This document shows, piece after piece, positions 62,301 to 64,000 of a stretch of 64,000 nucleotides of DNA. Under the pieces are notes generated by a model. It did not search any database. It was not told the DNA's origin and saw nothing but the letters and a program-made list of their open reading frames with translations. The stretch comes from Mytilus edulis. Lineage: Eukaryota. The translations under genes were made by a program, and so were the position numbers. The stretch covers positions 38,068,001 to 38,132,000 of the forward strand of contig NC_092353.1 in the NCBI RefSeq assembly GCF_963676685.1, written 5' to 3'. The first letter of the stretch is position 1; each line of letters begins with the position of its first letter.

Positions 62301-64000
62301 TTTTTTTCTTTTTTTTTTTCATTTTCTGTCATTTGACAGGCTATAAGTACCGAAATCAAATGTAATACCGTGTCAACATGTTTAAACGATTTCAACTTTT
62401 GGGAGGAATTATTGCAATTTGTACACCTACATGCCTAGTGCTTTTTGTTTGTTTGTGAAATTAAACATGCCAAGCACATGTGTTTTAAAATCTAACTGGT
62501 AAACTCCCTTAAAATTAAGGAGGAGGTCTTTCGTAAATTCGACCTTATCTTAAGGAAAACATGATTATTGCAGCAGATCCAATTATATTAAATGAGAGTT
62601 AATGTATATGTTGTCAATGATATATATTGTGGTGATATGATACATGTGAAATGCTATGTATTTGTTTCATGCAGATTCAACAGACTTTGACAGATACATA
62701 CAAGTAATAAATCAAGGTGTTATTCAAATGTTTCAATGTTTTTTTTTACTTATAATAAGCAAGGTTTTAGGGATTTATTTTAACTAATACAAAAAATTGT
62801 AGCTCTGTAACGTCCGAACTTTTAATATGGTGCATACATACTGCTGCGCTCAGCGAAGTGCTATTTTATTCTTATTTTTTTTATTGTTAGTGTATGCTTT
62901 AGCAGGTTTCAGAAAGTAATAAATGTGTATCCATAGGCGAAAGTCAATTTCGATGTCAGAAATTTCAAATATAGATTGACTGCAGAAATGGTGAAAGGAA
63001 TATAAGTGTAATAGATCTAATTGCCCCTTTACTCTCAAAAAGAGGTGGCGAAATTCGTGTTTGATGCCAACAACAACTTTTGTCAGTAACTGTGTACACG
63101 TATTCAATGAAACTTTTTTTTTACATATAAAAATCCACAAATGTGTATCGTTACATAACTCTTCCTGTTTTTCTTGTCAAAGAAGTTAATGGCACGGTGA
63201 CAAAAAATCCTTAACTTTTTTCCCACTTCCCAAATCAAGAGAATCTGGCTCCCGTCGCCACTACATGTGTATAATGTATGTACTCATAAGAGCGTTTTCC
63301 CGTTTGGATGTATTCTATAATTAACACCATAATCCATAATATTATGGTCAATGCAAATCGGTACTAAGCCATTATATTTAAATGAAATAATTTTCATTAC
63401 ATTTAATGGATCAAATGTATCTTGGCGTAAATAATGATACAAGTTACAACATAAAAACGTAGATTTTAGTTTTATAATGAAAAATCTGAGGATAATGTCA
63501 GTATAGGCCCCCACTCAAAATTTCTACAGAATCACATGCGCTTAATTGGGACATGACCCCCCCCCCCCCCCCCACTCCACCCCCCGTTTTTCTATTTTTA
63601 CTCTATTTATATATTATATCTTTTGAAGTTTAAAATCTGTTATTAACTAAAGGGAAACTAATTGGTAATATCTAATATAAAACCTATTTATTTTTGAAAA
63701 GGGGGGTCTGAATCGGACAAATAATTTGTTTTAAAAAATGTTAGAAGTGTAACTTTGTATGATGTACATTAATATTCAGTTGTATAAACCCTATACACGT
63801 TGACTTAATTCTCTATTATGAAGAAAAACAATACATTAAATATACATGTACATGTAGTAGTACACAGACTTTTCAGGTTGTAACTTTTTATATTGACAAT
63901 TAATAAAAAAGCTGAATATTTATCCTCCATAACGAAATGATCATGTGAAAGGTTCATATTGGCATCGCAGAATCATCACCACAGGATAATAGATTAGCAT

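Noticed and set aside
59340-64000. Short ORFs and repeat fragments at the right end
   Set aside because: No recognisable protein motif or consistent splice chain; only partial repeat ends that I cannot delimit.

Overview
AT-rich, intron-containing animal genomic DNA. The repeat families I recognise point to a bivalve, probably a Mytilus mussel (inference, no search run). The left 45.5 kb is a tandem segmental array. It holds three copies of a minus-strand gene whose single coding exon encodes 19 C2H2 zinc fingers (632-2275, 25330-26973, 40742-42385). These are interleaved with two damaged copies of the 3' part of a plus-strand TPR-like gene with an acidic tail. Copies A (1-15443) and B (24701-39099) are near-identical but differ by reciprocal transposon insertions. 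Copy C (39322-45538) is more diverged, and 12 of its ~30 amino-acid differences fall on base-contacting finger positions. The right part holds a complete 5-exon flavin-containing monooxygenase (FMO) gene (47179-52958, minus, 416 aa) with a tandemly duplicated 5' end. Its second intron carries an antisense array of three ~350-bp repeats, each with a minimal type I hammerhead ribozyme (non-LTR retrozyme). Also present: a young 5'-truncated Penelope-like insertion, RTE-X-like and CR1-like LINE relics, many non-autonomous DNA elements (Kolobok-, Ginger-, hAT-, Sola-, Helentron- and Crypton-like) and a minisatellite with higher-order structure. I saw no rRNA, tRNA or CRISPR. All alignments and counts were done by eye.
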